A DNA stretch of 38,818 nt, from the IMG/VR virus record IMGVR_UViG_2651869695_000012; one strand, written 5' to 3'. Source of the DNA: a virus. Taxonomy: Duplodnaviria; Heunggongvirae; Uroviricota; Caudoviricetes. The first letter of the stretch is position 1. Every line of letters starts with the position of its first letter. A program made the translations under genes and the position numbers. The notes beneath the pieces are model-generated. The model was not told the DNA's origin. It made no database searches and worked only from the letters and a program-made list of their open reading frames with translations. Below, piece after piece: positions 1-10,640 of this stretch.

Positions 1-537
1 TTCATAAGCAATATCAATGGCCACGGATTCGGTCGGGTTAAACTGCACGCCAGCTCCCCACGCCAGAGAGGTGTCGCTGTGGCGACCGTCATCACTTCCG
101 GTCAGCACATCGTGCGTTTTCCCCTTGTTGTCAGTTACGCGAAGATAATCCCCGGAGAAAGTCGACACACGGCTGTAAGCCACACCCGCCATCGCATACG
201 CGCTGAACCATTCATTCACGCGCACAGACGGCCCCGCCATTACGCTGAACCAGCGGTTACGCACGGAATCTTCATGCCAGCGGGTATCGCTGTAACGGGT
301 AAGCTGGCGATTCTTGTCTCCTGCATAGCTGAATGACGTCACCAGCCCCAGCGTGTCCGTAAATTCATAACGGTATTTCACGTTAATCCCGTTAAGATTA
401 TCGCTACCGGGAGCGTTCGTCCGGGCATGAAGATACCCCGCGCTCAGCGTGGACTGATGTTCAGACGCCCATGCAGGCGCACCGGATACGGACAGACAAA
501 TGGCTGCGGACAAAATGGCGGCACAAACTTTACGCAT
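1..537 (-). CDS. lom: Lom-like outer membrane beta-barrel protein, 3' end truncated by window edge
   Basis: Reverse-strand ATG at 535-537; translation begins [38 protein letters not shown], closely matching lambda Lom from memory; lies directly downstream of J as in lambda. Confidence 0.8.
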
Positions 538-607
538 AATTACCTCTCGCTTTTCTGCAATAAAAAAGGCACCATTCCTGACGCCACTTATAGGGGTTAT
601 AAAAATT

Positions 608-3600
608 TCAACGAATACTGATGCCGGAAGCCGCTTTTTTGGTCACAATCACCGTACAGTCGGTGATATTACCTGCCCACTGATTGCCTTTATGGAAAAC
701 CTTAAACTCCAGAGTGACGCTACCACCACCACTAGGCATATCAATAACCGCACTGTAACTACCGGGAATGGCCCCTTTAGTTTCTCTGGATGCGATTAAT
801 ACACCGTTTTTGCGAACTTCAAAACCATAACCCGTGTAACTTGTACCTCCCGGGTTATTACCACTTCCCGGATAGCTATACGCTATTCCGTTAAAGATAA
901 TGGGCGGAATAATGATTTGACGGTCAAAGTTATGATCATCGCTGATGGTGACTGTAACCGTCCCGTTTGGTGTTTCCGTGTTACCCCACGTACCAGCCTG
1001 TTTCGGAAATGATTTGGATACAGCTTTAACGAAGTCACCTCTGACCTGAGTCGCCTCCAGCATGCCCTTAATCGTACAGTTTTCATTTACCGTGACATTG
1101 TTGAGCGTCCCGGCGTTCGCATTCACACTGCCACTGATATCCGCATTTTTAGCGGTCAGCTTTCCGTCTGATGTCAGGGAAAATGCCGGTGGATTGCCAC
1201 CACTGGTAATGGTGGGGGCCGTCAGGCGTTTCAGGAACACGTCATTCATGAATATCTGATTGCCCTGCGCCACAAACATCGGCGTTTCATTCCCGTTTGC
1301 CGGGTCAATAAACGCGATACGGTTAGCGGCAACCAGAAACTGGCTCAGTTTGCCTTCCTCCGAGTCCTCCATGCTGAGGCCAATACCCGCGACATAATGT
1401 TTGCCGTCTTTGGTCTGCTCAATTTTGACAGCCCACATGGCATTCCACTTATCGTTGGCGTCCTTCCACTCTTTCGAAAACTCCTCCAGTTTGCTGGCGT
1501 TATCCTCCGTCAGCTCGACTTTTTCCAGCAGTTCCTTGCCGAGATGGGATTCGGTTATCTGGCCTTTGAAAAAATCCAGGTAACCTTCCGCATCATCGCT
1601 CGCCCGACCGACAGCCTCCACAAATGCCGATTTGCCAACGGTGTTCACACTGCGGATATAAAAGTAATAATCATGGCCCGGTTTGATATTGATACTGGCG
1701 GCTATCCAGTACAGCGCCGTACCAAGATAACGCGCGCTGGTTTCAACCTGCCTGATATCGGCAATCCGCTTTTCCGAGAACCAGAACTCAAACTGTACCG
1801 TCGGGTCATAAACAGCAAGATGCGGCGTCGCAGTTATCTGAAAATAGCCCGGCGTCAGCTCAATCAGTGACGGCGCTGCCGGTGCGGCAATCCGGAACGA
1901 TACCGATGCCGGATCGCCCTGCTGCCCCCACGCATTTACCGCCCGGACTGTCAGCGTGTAACGCCCCAGAGCCAGTTGCGTGAAGCGGTATGTGGTTTCC
2001 GTCGTCCGGGCCGTGCTGACCAGCCGCTCACTGCCGTCGTCCGCTGCCACGGTCAGGCGAAGCAGGAAGCTCACGCCCTTCACCACCTTCGGCGTGTCCC
2101 ATCGCGCCAGCACCTGATATTCCCCGCTGTCTGCGGTGACTTCGGCAGTCAGGTGCTGCACCGCTGGCGGCGTGACACCATTCACCGTGCCGCTCTGGTC
2201 GCCGTCAAAGTGCGCCCCGTTATCCACGATGGCCTCTTTTTCCGGCACATGCTGCACGGCGGTGATGGCATACGTGCCGTCGTCGTTCTCACGGATACTC
2301 ACGCAGCGGAACAGGCGCTGGCGCAACGTCGGCAGCTTCAGCCCCCATACGCTGTATTCAGCAACGCCGTCAGGAACACGGCTCACTTTCACCTGCACGC
2401 CGTCGGTGACGGACTGAACCTCCACGCTGACCGGATTGCCACTTCCGTCAACCAGGCTTATCAGCGTGGTACCGGAGGATGGCAGCGTGATTTCACGGTC
2501 GAGCGTCAGCGTCCGGGTCTGGCTGTTCACCGCCAGCACGCGCCCGCCGGTGCTGATACCGGCATAGTCATCATCACAGATTTCAATGACATCGCCCGGC
2601 ACATGGCGAAGCCCTTCTGCACCCACGCTGAAGTCCACGGTCTGCGTTTCCAGCAGTTCTGTTTTAATCAGCCACAGCCCGGCGCGGTGTGCCTGCCCCC
2701 GGCTGGTACAGCCAAAGGCATCCATCTTCGTGACGTTACGACCGTAACGGGCAATGGCCTGCGTGTCCTCCACAAGCTCTGTCGCCGTCTCCCAGCCGTT
2801 GTCCGGGTCAATCCAGTTCACCTCAACGGCATTATGGCGGTCCTTCAGGGCGCTAAAGCTGTAGCGGAACGGCGCGCCATCATCCGGCATCACCACATTA
2901 CTGCGGTTATAGGTCCACACCTTATCCGATGGTCGGTCCTGCACGAACGTCAGCGTCTGCCCGTTCCATACCGGCATACAGCGCATCGCCGAGCAGAAAT
3001 CACTGAGCACATCCCACGCCTTGCGCTGTGTGGTCAGGTACGCATTACAGGTGATGCGCGGCTCCGTGCCGCCAAAGCCGTCCGGCACCGACTGGTCGCA
3101 GTACTGGCCGATGACATACAGCGCCCATTTATCCACATCCGCCGCACCAAGACGTTTCCCCATGCCGTAGCGCGGATGGGTCAGCATATCCCACAGACAC
3201 CAGGCCATGTTGTTGCTGTATGCCGGTTTTAACGTTCCGTCCCAGATACCGCTGTATTGCCGCGTCTGCGGGTTATAGTTCGACGGCACCTGCAGAATGC
3301 GCCCGCGAAGATGATAATTACGGCTCACCTGCTGGCTGCCGAACTGCTCCGAGTCCACCTGCACGCCAACCAGTGCCGTGTTCGGGTAGCACTGTTTCAC
3401 ATCGATGATTTCGGTGTATGACGACCAGAGCGTTTTGTTCTGCAGCTGGTCTGTGGTGCTGTCCGGCGTCATCCTGCGCATCCGGATATTGAACGGGCGC
3501 GGCGGCAGGTTATCCACCACCACCGAGGCCAGATACTGCGACGTGGTTTTGCCCTTAATGGTGATGTCTTTTTCCGTCACCCAGCCACCGTTACGTTGTA

Positions 3601-4021
3601 TCTGAACCAGCAGGCGGACTTCCGACGGATTCCGGTCACCCTTTGAGGTGGTTTCCACCAGTGCCTGCACGCCGAAAGTAAAACGCAGACGGTCAATGTT
3701 TGCCGACGTGATGGTCCGGGTGATCGGCGTGTCATATTTCACTTCCGTACCCAGCACCGTCTCGGAGCCGGAGGATTCAAAGCCCTCAGGCGGTGTCTGC
3801 TCCTGCTCACCTGCCCGGAACACCACCGTGACGCCGGAGATATTGGTATTCCCCTCACTGTCCAGCACCGGCGTACTGTTCAGCAGCACGCTTTTTAATC
3901 CATCCACCGGACCTTCAACCGGCCCTTCGCTGATGGCATCGATCACACTCAGCAGCTGCGTGGACTTCAGGTTGTCCTTCGCTTCGCGCGGGGTATGCCC
4001 CTTACTGCTACCTTTACCCAT
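608..4021 (-). CDS. J: Tail tip / host specificity protein J (central tail fibre)
   Basis: 1137-aa ORF; N-terminus [37 protein letters not shown] matches lambda J almost exactly from memory; GAGGA RBS upstream; position after I. Confidence 0.95.
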   Translation of the reverse strand: MGKGSSKGHTPREAKDNLKSTQLLSVIDAISEGPVEGPVDGLKSVLLNSTPVLDSEGNTNISGVTVVFRAGEQEQTPPEGFESSGSETVLGTEVKYDTPITRTITSANIDRLRFTFGVQALVETTSKGDRNPSEVRLLVQIQRNGGWVTEKDITIKGKTTSQYLASVVVDNLPPRPFNIRMRRMTPDSTTDQLQNKTLWSSYTEIIDVKQCYPNTALVGVQVDSEQFGSQQVSRNYHLRGRILQVPSNYNPQTRQYSGIWDGTLKPAYSNNMAWCLWDMLTHPRYGMGKRLGAADVDKWALYVIGQYCDQSVPDGFGGTEPRITCNAYLTTQRKAWDVLSDFCSAMRCMPVWNGQTLTFVQDRPSDKVWTYNRSNVVMPDDGAPFRYSFSALKDRHNAVEVNWIDPDNGWETATELVEDTQAIARYGRNVTKMDAFGCTSRGQAHRAGLWLIKTELLETQTVDFSVGAEGLRHVPGDVIEICDDDYAGISTGGRVLAVNSQTRTLTLDREITLPSSGTTLISLVDGSGNPVSVEVQSVTDGVQVKVSRVPDGVAEYSVWGLKLPTLRQRLFRCVSIRENDDGTYAITAVQHVPEKEAIVDNGAHFDGDQSGTVNGVTPPAVQHLTAEVTADSGEYQVLARWDTPKVVKGVSFLLRLTVAADDGSERLVSTARTTETTYRFTQLALGRYTLTVRAVNAWGQQGDPASVSFRIAAPAAPSLIELTPGYFQITATPHLAVYDPTVQFEFWFSEKRIADIRQVETSARYLGTALYWIAASINIKPGHDYYFYIRSVNTVGKSAFVEAVGRASDDAEGYLDFFKGQITESHLGKELLEKVELTEDNASKLEEFSKEWKDANDKWNAMWAVKIEQTKDGKHYVAGIGLSMEDSEEGKLSQFLVAANRIAFIDPANGNETPMFVAQGNQIFMNDVFLKRLTAPTITSGGNPPAFSLTSDGKLTAKNADISGSVNANAGTLNNVTVNENCTIKGMLEATQVRGDFVKAVSKSFPKQAGTWGNTETPNGTVTVTISDDHNFDRQIIIPPIIFNGIAYSYPGSGNNPGGTSYTGYGFEVRKNGVLIASRETKGAIPGSYSAVIDMPSGGGSVTLEFKVFHKGNQWAGNITDCTVIVTKKAASGISIR

Positions 4022-4087
4022 TCCTCACACTCCATAAACAACAAAGCCGCCCAAAAGGCGGCTCATGAGTTACGGCAGGATTAACTA

Positions 4088-4426
4088 TTATTTACATGCA
4101 TTAACACTATCAGCAAAAATTTTTGGCGTTAATGCTGGTACGCGTTCATAAAGAGTAAAACTACTGCCATTTCCTGCTTTTTTGATATCAAGCACAACAT
4201 CATACCCACCCATAGCCTGTGGAACTAAAAGGCTTACCCCATTCTCAATAGGAAGGGATGTTATAGGTGTTCCATTACCAGCCCATTGTCTGGATATGCA
4301 GCCTGACAATTCATCAATATTTTTTAATGAATTACCTTCCATTACAGGCTTGCCGGATTTTACGTAATCCAAAGATTTACATCCTGTTAAGGCAATAATC
4401 GTGCAGAATAAAATCGTTTTGTTCAT
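4088..4426 (-). CDS. Small lipoprotein moron between I and J; candidate superinfection-exclusion or envelope protein
   Basis: ATG at 4426 gives MNKTILFCTIIALTGC with a lipobox (LTGC); the longer ORF to 4438 starts with TTG; locus is visibly AT-rich compared with flanking tail genes. Confidence 0.55.
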   Translation of the reverse strand: MNKTILFCTIIALTGCKSLDYVKSGKPVMEGNSLKNIDELSGCISRQWAGNGTPITSLPIENGVSLLVPQAMGGYDVVLDIKKAGNGSSFTLYERVPALTPKIFADSVNACK

Positions 4427-4498
4427 ATAGCTAACCAACAGAATAATTATCAGTGTTCGATATAAATATTAAATCAGTTAGAACATGAGTAAATAATA

Positions 4499-5140
4499 TT
4501 ACCGCCCAATTACCACAACCTGACCACCATCCCCTTCATCTGCCGTGCTGATCTCCTGAGATGCCACACGTGACCCCACGCGCATTTCACCGTACAGAAC
4601 AGGCAGGACATTGCCCTGGGCAACCATGTTATCCAATGAGGAAAAATAGGTATTTTGCTTACCGTTATCAGTGGCTGACACTTTAGGCGTTTTGGCTTTC
4701 GGTGCCAGCATCTGCGCAACACCGCCTAAAACCATACCTGCCCCAAGAGAGAACATGAGATTACTTGCAACAATACTAAGCCCCGGCATCCAGATTGCCG
4801 TAGCAATTAGCGCCGCACCCAGCACTGCCTGAAAAATACCGCCACTTTTGGCACCCGCCAGACGCGGTACGATGTGGATCACGGCACCATTTGCCAGCGG
4901 CTCATTAAGACGGGCAGATAATTCGTTTTCGCCTGCATCACGCCCGGAAATGCGCACCTGATACCAGCCCTCATTCAGTTTCTGGCGAAACGCCGGAAGC
5001 TGCGTGGCCAGCGCCCGGATGGCTTCAGCCCCCGTTTTCACACGAAGGTCGATGCGGCGACCAAATCGTTGTAAATCCCCGTAAAGGCAGATGCGTGCCA
5101 TGCCCGGTGACGCCAGAGGGAGTGTGTGCGTCGCTGCCAT
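4499..5140 (-). CDS. I: Tail assembly protein I
   Basis: 213 aa; MAATHTLPLASPGMARICLYGDLQRFGRRIDLRVKTGAEAIRALATQLPAFRQK matches lambda I from memory; 5' end overlaps K as in lambda. Confidence 0.9.
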   Translation of the reverse strand: MAATHTLPLASPGMARICLYGDLQRFGRRIDLRVKTGAEAIRALATQLPAFRQKLNEGWYQVRISGRDAGENELSARLNEPLANGAVIHIVPRLAGAKSGGIFQAVLGAALIATAIWMPGLSIVASNLMFSLGAGMVLGGVAQMLAPKAKTPKVSATDNGKQNTYFSSLDNMVAQGNVLPVLYGEMRVGSRVASQEISTADEGDGGQVVVIGR

Positions 5141-5781
5141 TTGTCGGTATACCTCTCTCGTTTGCTCAGTTGTTCAGGAATATGGTGCAGCAGCTCGCCG
5201 TCACCACAGTAAATGGCGGCATGATTCGGCACCGATGAACCAAAACAGCACAGCAGCACATCGCCCGGCTGCGCCGCTGACAACGGCACCTGATACAGCC
5301 CTGTGGCCTCCAGATTATCCAGATAGAGATTCTGACCGTTACGCCACCAGTCATCCTCGCGATGAAAATCCGGCATCTCAATCCCCGCCAGATGGTAAGC
5401 ATCCCGGAACAGCGTGTAACAGTCCGTCACCCCGTGCTCAAAGCGCCGCCCGGTAAGATGTGGCACACAGCGGAACTTGTAAATCGCCCCCCGGCAGACC
5501 AGCCACCACGGCAAATCACTCTGCACCTGCAGCCGCCGATCGGCCTCACTCAGCCAGGGCAGACCACCGGGGTGATTGTGGACCAGCGCCACAATCTCAC
5601 CCTGCATTTCTGCCTGCAGCCAGTCCTCCGGCGACATCCGGAAATACTCCTCCGGCTCACCGGAGATATTCACGCAGGGAAAATATCTTTCCCCCTCCGG
5701 CGTTCTCACCACGAAGCCGCACGACTCCGCTGGCGCACATCGCCGGGCGTGCGCCAGAATCGCTGATTCTGTCTCTGTCAT
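5038..5781 (-). CDS. K: Tail assembly protein K
   Basis: Start taken at the ATG at 5781 (MTETESAILAHARRCAPAESCGFVV...), matching lambda K from memory; the ORF track extends further upstream into L. Confidence 0.9.
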   Translation of the reverse strand: MTETESAILAHARRCAPAESCGFVVRTPEGERYFPCVNISGEPEEYFRMSPEDWLQAEMQGEIVALVHNHPGGLPWLSEADRRLQVQSDLPWWLVCRGAIYKFRCVPHLTGRRFEHGVTDCYTLFRDAYHLAGIEMPDFHREDDWWRNGQNLYLDNLEATGLYQVPLSAAQPGDVLLCCFGSSVPNHAAIYCGDGELLHHIPEQLSKRERYTDKWQRRTHSLWRHRAWHASAFTGIYNDLVAASTFV

Positions 5782-5785
5782 GGGA

Positions 5786-6484
5786 TTACTGCGAAAGTTT
5801 GTTAATGGAAAGGAAGCCGCCAAAGTTGCCGACATTATTGCGAAACTTACAGCCACTCAGGCATTTACTGCATTTATCTTTCGTGATATCGGACGTCGGC
5901 TGGTCATATTCATCCGCGACAGCCGGACCGCTATAACCGCACTCATCACCGCGATAGGTCCAGGTACAGGTGTTGGCCAGCATGATGCGCCCCGGAAAAA
6001 CAGCGCCATCCGTTTCCGTCGGCGTGGACAGTACAAAAGAGGCGCTCACCGCGCTCAGTTCGCTGCACTGCTCGATGCGCCAGCGGCTGATCACCTCCTG
6101 CTCCGGATCGGCATCGCTATTTCCGTTGACGAAGTTCACCGCATCCAGAAAACGGGCGTAAACCTTACGCCTGACCACCGTTCCTCCGACCAGACTCTGC
6201 AGGTCTTCCACCATCCCGGTGACCATGCCGTGCAGATTAGAGACTTTCAGCGTTGGCCTTGCACTGGCTCCTTTGCCGTTCATCTCAAATCCACTTCCCT
6301 GAATGGGATAGGCCTGATACTGCCGCCCCTGCCAGGTGACTGGTTCACCTTTTTCGTTCTGCTCATTACAGAAGAAATAACGATCTCCGCCGACCTCTGT
6401 CAGATCGATTTCCCAGAGCACCACGCTGGCAGACTGCTCCGCACGGGTGCATTCATTCAGTGTTTCCTGTCGGATATTCTGCAT
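5786..6484 (-). CDS. L: Minor tail protein L
   Basis: 232 aa, same length as lambda L; C-terminal Cys-rich segment; position between M and K. Confidence 0.9.
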   Translation of the reverse strand: MQNIRQETLNECTRAEQSASVVLWEIDLTEVGGDRYFFCNEQNEKGEPVTWQGRQYQAYPIQGSGFEMNGKGASARPTLKVSNLHGMVTGMVEDLQSLVGGTVVRRKVYARFLDAVNFVNGNSDADPEQEVISRWRIEQCSELSAVSASFVLSTPTETDGAVFPGRIMLANTCTWTYRGDECGYSGPAVADEYDQPTSDITKDKCSKCLSGCKFRNNVGNFGGFLSINKLSQ

Positions 6485-6813
6485 CAGTTCACCACCTGTT
6501 CAAACTCTGCGCTGAACTCAACACGCAACACACTGACCCGCGACGACCATTTTGCGCAGGTCACCTTTATCTGCCGGTAGCCATAAGGCGGCGTCCACAG
6601 AAAGGCCTTCCAGCCCCCGTGCTCAGCCAGAAACGATTCCAGTGCCGTGGCCTCCTCGCGGGGAACAGAAAGCGTCACGCTGTACGTTTTCAGGTCAGCG
6701 TTCAGCCCGGCAGGCGCACGCTGAGAATAGCCATCACCAAAGCGCACCTTTATTACGGAAGGGGCCGAAGCCACATCCATACCGGGTTTCACTTTCCAGC
6801 GGAAGGTTTTCAT
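6484..6813 (-). CDS. M: Minor tail protein M
   Basis: 109 aa, same length as lambda M; 1-nt overlap with L and 4-nt overlap with H. Confidence 0.85.
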   Translation of the reverse strand: MKTFRWKVKPGMDVASAPSVIKVRFGDGYSQRAPAGLNADLKTYSVTLSVPREEATALESFLAEHGGWKAFLWTPPYGYRQIKVTCAKWSSRVSVLRVEFSAEFEQVVN

Positions 6814-9800
6814 CGTCCACCTCCGGAGAACAGACCACCATCACGGGACTGCTGTTGCATAAAGTCCGCTGCTGCTTTTTTCCCGAGGTCATAAACCACC
6901 TTCAGGGCAGCCGGACCTATCTGCCCGTTCGTGCCATCGTTATTGATCTCGATGTTGTACTGCGGGGCAAACATCGCCATACCTGAACCACCAATATCCG
7001 CCACAACCCCCAGCTTACCGTCAGCACCACGACGCAGAGGCAGAATGGCTTCAGGCCCAGCTTCCCCCATCACACCTGCACCTTTTGCAAAAGCAAAAAA
7101 CGTCGGACGGTTAACCACCGTGCCACTGTAGCGACTCAAATCAGCAGACTGATAAACACCACCATCAGCATTGGGCGTCACACTGGCAGTTGCTGCACTC
7201 CCCCAGCCAAACGCCGAACCAATCCCCTTAACTGCCTGCATCATGGACATCTGAGCCATGATTTTTGCCAGATCAGAAAGGAGCGAGGCGGTAAAAGATT
7301 TGAAGTTCAGTTTTCCGGTGGTACAGAATGTAGCCAGTGCATTACCTGCACTATTAAATGCCGCTGTAAGCATCTGCTCCGCAGTGCCTGCCGCATTATC
7401 CGCATCTGCCGTGAAATTCTGAAACGCCCGCATGGCACCGTTTTTCCAGTTACCCTGAGCAATTTCAAGCTGTTGCCAGTAACGGCGATTCTCATTCAGT
7501 TGCCTGTTCAGGCTCTCCGTCAGCGCCTGCTCGGCCTTTCTGTAGTCATCCGTGTTATATGTCCCTTTCTGCTCACTATCCCGCCTCAACTGCTCCAGCT
7601 GTTGCTGGTATTTCTGGCGAAGGCTCAGTTGTACCTGATATCGCTGCCGCTGCTGATCACCCATACCCACCGTGGCGATATCCAGGTCATGTTGCTGACG
7701 CTGAGCGCGCTCTTCTTCAGCCAGTTGACTGGTCAGCTGAATTGTTTTTTTCTTCAGATCGTTGAGTGCCGTCTGTTTCTGAAGCTCCTGCTGTTTTACA
7801 TCCAGCAGCGTCAGTGCCTGAATCAGTTCATCTTTACGGGCCAGCACACTCTTTTCATCTGCCGTCAGTTTTTTCCCGTCCAGGTCGCTGATGCGCTGCT
7901 GCAGAGCCAGAAGCTGTTTATGCGCTTCTGTCATCTTTTCAGTGGCAATGCCTGCTGACTGTCTTGCAGCAGCAATCTGTCCTTCCACCTGTGCCTGTTG
8001 CTGACTGTACTGCAGCAATAACCGGGTGGCCTCATCATTACGGGTTTCGCGTGTTTTTTTCTTACCGGATGCCAGGGCTTTCTCGTAACGTTCATTTTCA
8101 CGTTGTATCGCCGCATCCCTGACAGCCTGGTCGGCGTACTGCATGGCATTAATACGCGCAATTTCACGCTGATGTCGTGCTGCTTCCGTTTCATTCATCC
8201 GGTTCAGTGCAGCATTTTCAGCATTACGTCGTTTCTGTTGCTCCTGATAATTCCGCTCTGCCTGCTCTTTTGCATCCTGCAAATCCTTCTGGCGTTTTTT
8301 CTCCTGAAGCTCGTTAAGACGCTGCTGATCGTATTCAACCTGAGAAGATGATGCCGTCCAGGGGAGTCTTTTCGCCCGCGATACTTTCTCCTGCAAAGTG
8401 GCAATCTGCGCATCCAGCGAATCTTCACGACCAATATTCATGGCCGCATCCCAGAACTGCTTCCACCAGTCAGACAAGGTTTGCAGCGTACTACCCAGCG
8501 CATTGAGGTTATTATCAATATCCGCAGTACGCCGACCGGTTTCCTCTGCCAGTGCAGACATGGCTATCCGTGCCGCATCACTGGACCGCCCCTGCTCTCC
8601 AAGGATGCGTATCTGCTCAAGCTGAGTGGCAGTAAGAAAATGCAGCTCATTGTCCAGAGCCTTCGCGGCATTTACAGGATCATCCTTCAGCCGCTTAAAC
8701 TGATTTATGGTATCGCTGATCGACTGGCCAACCGATCGCTCCATCTGTGCGGCAGCTCTCGCCACCATACCGATATCGTTTCCACGAAATGCACCACTCC
8801 CCACCACCTGAGCCAGCGCACCGGCTGCAGCATGTTGCGTGATACCATTCCCGGAAATAGCACGACTGAGCGTCCACAGCTGCCCGGCAGTGACTCCGGC
8901 ATAATGCCCCGTCAGCGACAGCTGGCGGTTAAATTCTTCCCCCTCCTTCTGACCGTCATACCAGGCTTTACCCAGACCATAGACGGCCGCGGTAATACCG
9001 CCAATAACCCCGCCCAGCATCATGCCTTTCGGTGACATCAGTGTGTCTATCCATCCGGCACGGTTAGCCAGCGTTATCCCGGATCCCCTCAGCGCCCCTA
9101 AATTGCCGCGGGCCAGTTCACCTATCAGAACGCCTATCTCCTGGCGGGCCGCTGCACTTTTCAGACCCAGCGAATGCGTGGCTTTTCCTGCCCGCTCCAT
9201 TTTGCGGATATACACTTCTGCAGCACTGCTTACCCCCAGCTGGGCAGCCCTGGCACGAAGCAACTCAGAAGAAGAAAGATTCTGGCGGGTTGCCTGCTCT
9301 TTAAGCTGACGGATAAACGCCACTTTCTGTCGGGTAGCCTCTGCCTCAGCCTGCGTAAGAACACGGGTTTTCGCCGTAACCTCAGAAATCAGCGCCAGAT
9401 AATCCTGCTGACCAATCCCGCCACTGTTTCTGGCCTGTCGGATCTGCTGCTGAATACGCTGTAATTCCTGCAACCCCGCACTGGCCTGTTTCACACTGTC
9501 AATCTGACGATAAAACGCGGCAGCCGCTTTATCCTGAGCCTCCGCCAGAGCCATGGCCTGTGCCTGTTCCTCGCGCATTTTCTGGCTCAGTGCCTCCATA
9601 CGCTGGCGGGTTTGCTCCACCTCGCGGGCCATGCGTTCATGAGCCTGTGCGCTCTTCTCCACCGTCTGCGCATGGACGGATGCGGCTGTTGCAGCCGAAG
9701 AAGCCGCCTGCATTGTCTGCCGGGCGGCCTGAGTCTGACGCTCCATAAAACGCTGCATACGGGCAGAAGACCGTTCTGCATCGCTGGCTGCACCATTCAG

Positions 9801-9884
9801 AAGGTTTTTGATACGGGGAATTTCATTTTTAAACTCTGCCGCATCAATCCCCAAATCAATGACCAGGTTGGCTATCTGGTCCAT
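6810..9884 (-). CDS. H: Tail tape measure protein H
   Basis: Start placed at ATG 9884 (MDQIANLVIDLGIDAAEF, cf. lambda H MAEPVGDLVVDLSLDAARF) with GGAGGTG RBS; C-terminus NNDGTNGQIGPAALKVVYD...DGGLFSGGGR matches lambda H; long coiled-coil, Q/A/R-rich middle. Confidence 0.9.
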   Translation of the reverse strand: MDQIANLVIDLGIDAAEFKNEIPRIKNLLNGAASDAERSSARMQRFMERQTQAARQTMQAASSAATAASVHAQTVEKSAQAHERMAREVEQTRQRMEALSQKMREEQAQAMALAEAQDKAAAAFYRQIDSVKQASAGLQELQRIQQQIRQARNSGGIGQQDYLALISEVTAKTRVLTQAEAEATRQKVAFIRQLKEQATRQNLSSSELLRARAAQLGVSSAAEVYIRKMERAGKATHSLGLKSAAARQEIGVLIGELARGNLGALRGSGITLANRAGWIDTLMSPKGMMLGGVIGGITAAVYGLGKAWYDGQKEGEEFNRQLSLTGHYAGVTAGQLWTLSRAISGNGITQHAAAGALAQVVGSGAFRGNDIGMVARAAAQMERSVGQSISDTINQFKRLKDDPVNAAKALDNELHFLTATQLEQIRILGEQGRSSDAARIAMSALAEETGRRTADIDNNLNALGSTLQTLSDWWKQFWDAAMNIGREDSLDAQIATLQEKVSRAKRLPWTASSSQVEYDQQRLNELQEKKRQKDLQDAKEQAERNYQEQQKRRNAENAALNRMNETEAARHQREIARINAMQYADQAVRDAAIQRENERYEKALASGKKKTRETRNDEATRLLLQYSQQQAQVEGQIAAARQSAGIATEKMTEAHKQLLALQQRISDLDGKKLTADEKSVLARKDELIQALTLLDVKQQELQKQTALNDLKKKTIQLTSQLAEEERAQRQQHDLDIATVGMGDQQRQRYQVQLSLRQKYQQQLEQLRRDSEQKGTYNTDDYRKAEQALTESLNRQLNENRRYWQQLEIAQGNWKNGAMRAFQNFTADADNAAGTAEQMLTAAFNSAGNALATFCTTGKLNFKSFTASLLSDLAKIMAQMSMMQAVKGIGSAFGWGSAATASVTPNADGGVYQSADLSRYSGTVVNRPTFFAFAKGAGVMGEAGPEAILPLRRGADGKLGVVADIGGSGMAMFAPQYNIEINNDGTNGQIGPAALKVVYDLGKKAAADFMQQQSRDGGLFSGGGR

Positions 9885-10580
9885 AACGCACACCTCCGGA
9901 AATACCTTCCCCAAGATGCATCAGTTCTTCGTCCGTTCGCTCCGGTATCCCGTTCTCTTCCGGTAAAAGGCTGAAATCAGCCACCGCAGCATCACTGCTG
10001 CCGGACACCATTCTCACGATCAATGCCTTCAGCGAGGCAAACTGCGCATCCATCCACACATCACTGAAGCTCTGCATCCGGAAATAATCGCCCCACTCAC
10101 CAAGCTCAGTGGCCGACATTTCCGACAGCATCCGCCGCCAGTCTGCCCGCCGGAACTCCCGGGCAAGCCGCATGACAAACTGCATTTCCCGCGTCAGGAC
10201 TTTTCCGGCGTCAGCACCTCATGCTCCAAATCCCCGGCATTCTCAATGGCTCCCATACCGCTCAGCGACAGAACCATCTCCGCCCCCGCTCCCAGGGCAT
10301 CATACGACCATGTTGTAATAACGGATGCGCAAAGCGTCTCAACATCCTGAGACTGTTCCGCATTCCACAGTGAGCGGGAAACCAGCCAGGCATTGATATC
10401 CATCCCCATCCGCAGAAAAGCAATCTGTCGTTCAGCCTCCGGCAGTTCTCCCTCTTCGGCATCAAACTTTGCCGTTCGCTGCTGAACAAACGCCAGATAT
10501 TCAATTCTCTGCAGCCCGGACAGCTCACTGAGCACCACGGACTGCTTTTCATAATTAAACGTGCCCTGTTTCAGAAACAT
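9856..10580 (-). CDS. G-T tail assembly chaperone fusion via programmed -1 ribosomal frameshift (T-frame extension 9856..~10218)
   Basis: The T ORF is in the -1 frame relative to G and open from 10218 downward; the frames overlap across CCGGAAAAG near the G stop; conserved G/G-T arrangement between V and H. Confidence 0.6.
10194..10580 (-). CDS. G: Tail assembly chaperone G
   Basis: Start placed at the second ATG (10580, MFLKQ..., as lambda G begins MFLK) after a GGTGGAG RBS; the ORF-track start at 10622 is a TTG; ends TPEKS-stop at 10194. Confidence 0.8.
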   Translation of the reverse strand: MFLKQGTFNYEKQSVVLSELSGLQRIEYLAFVQQRTAKFDAEEGELPEAERQIAFLRMGMDINAWLVSRSLWNAEQSQDVETLCASVITTWSYDALGAGAEMVLSLSGMGAIENAGDLEHEVLTPEKS

Positions 10581-10640
10581 CATGTTCTCCACCTGCAAAA
10601 AAGCCCCGGATAATCGGGGCAAATGATGAGTATCGTCCTG

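Noticed and set aside
1976-3232. 418-aa plus-strand ORF
   Set aside because: Lies entirely antisense to the J gene, which has a near-exact lambda match; Arg/His/Ala-rich composition typical of antisense frames in GC-rich coding DNA.
5576-6580. 334-aa plus-strand ORF across the K/L/M region
   Set aside because: Antisense to three well-supported tail genes; no RBS or family resemblance.
7473-7958. 161-aa plus-strand ORF and similar frames (8481..9035, 9612..9974)
   Set aside because: Antisense shadows of the tape measure gene; low-complexity Leu/Gln-rich translations mirroring the coiled-coil codons.
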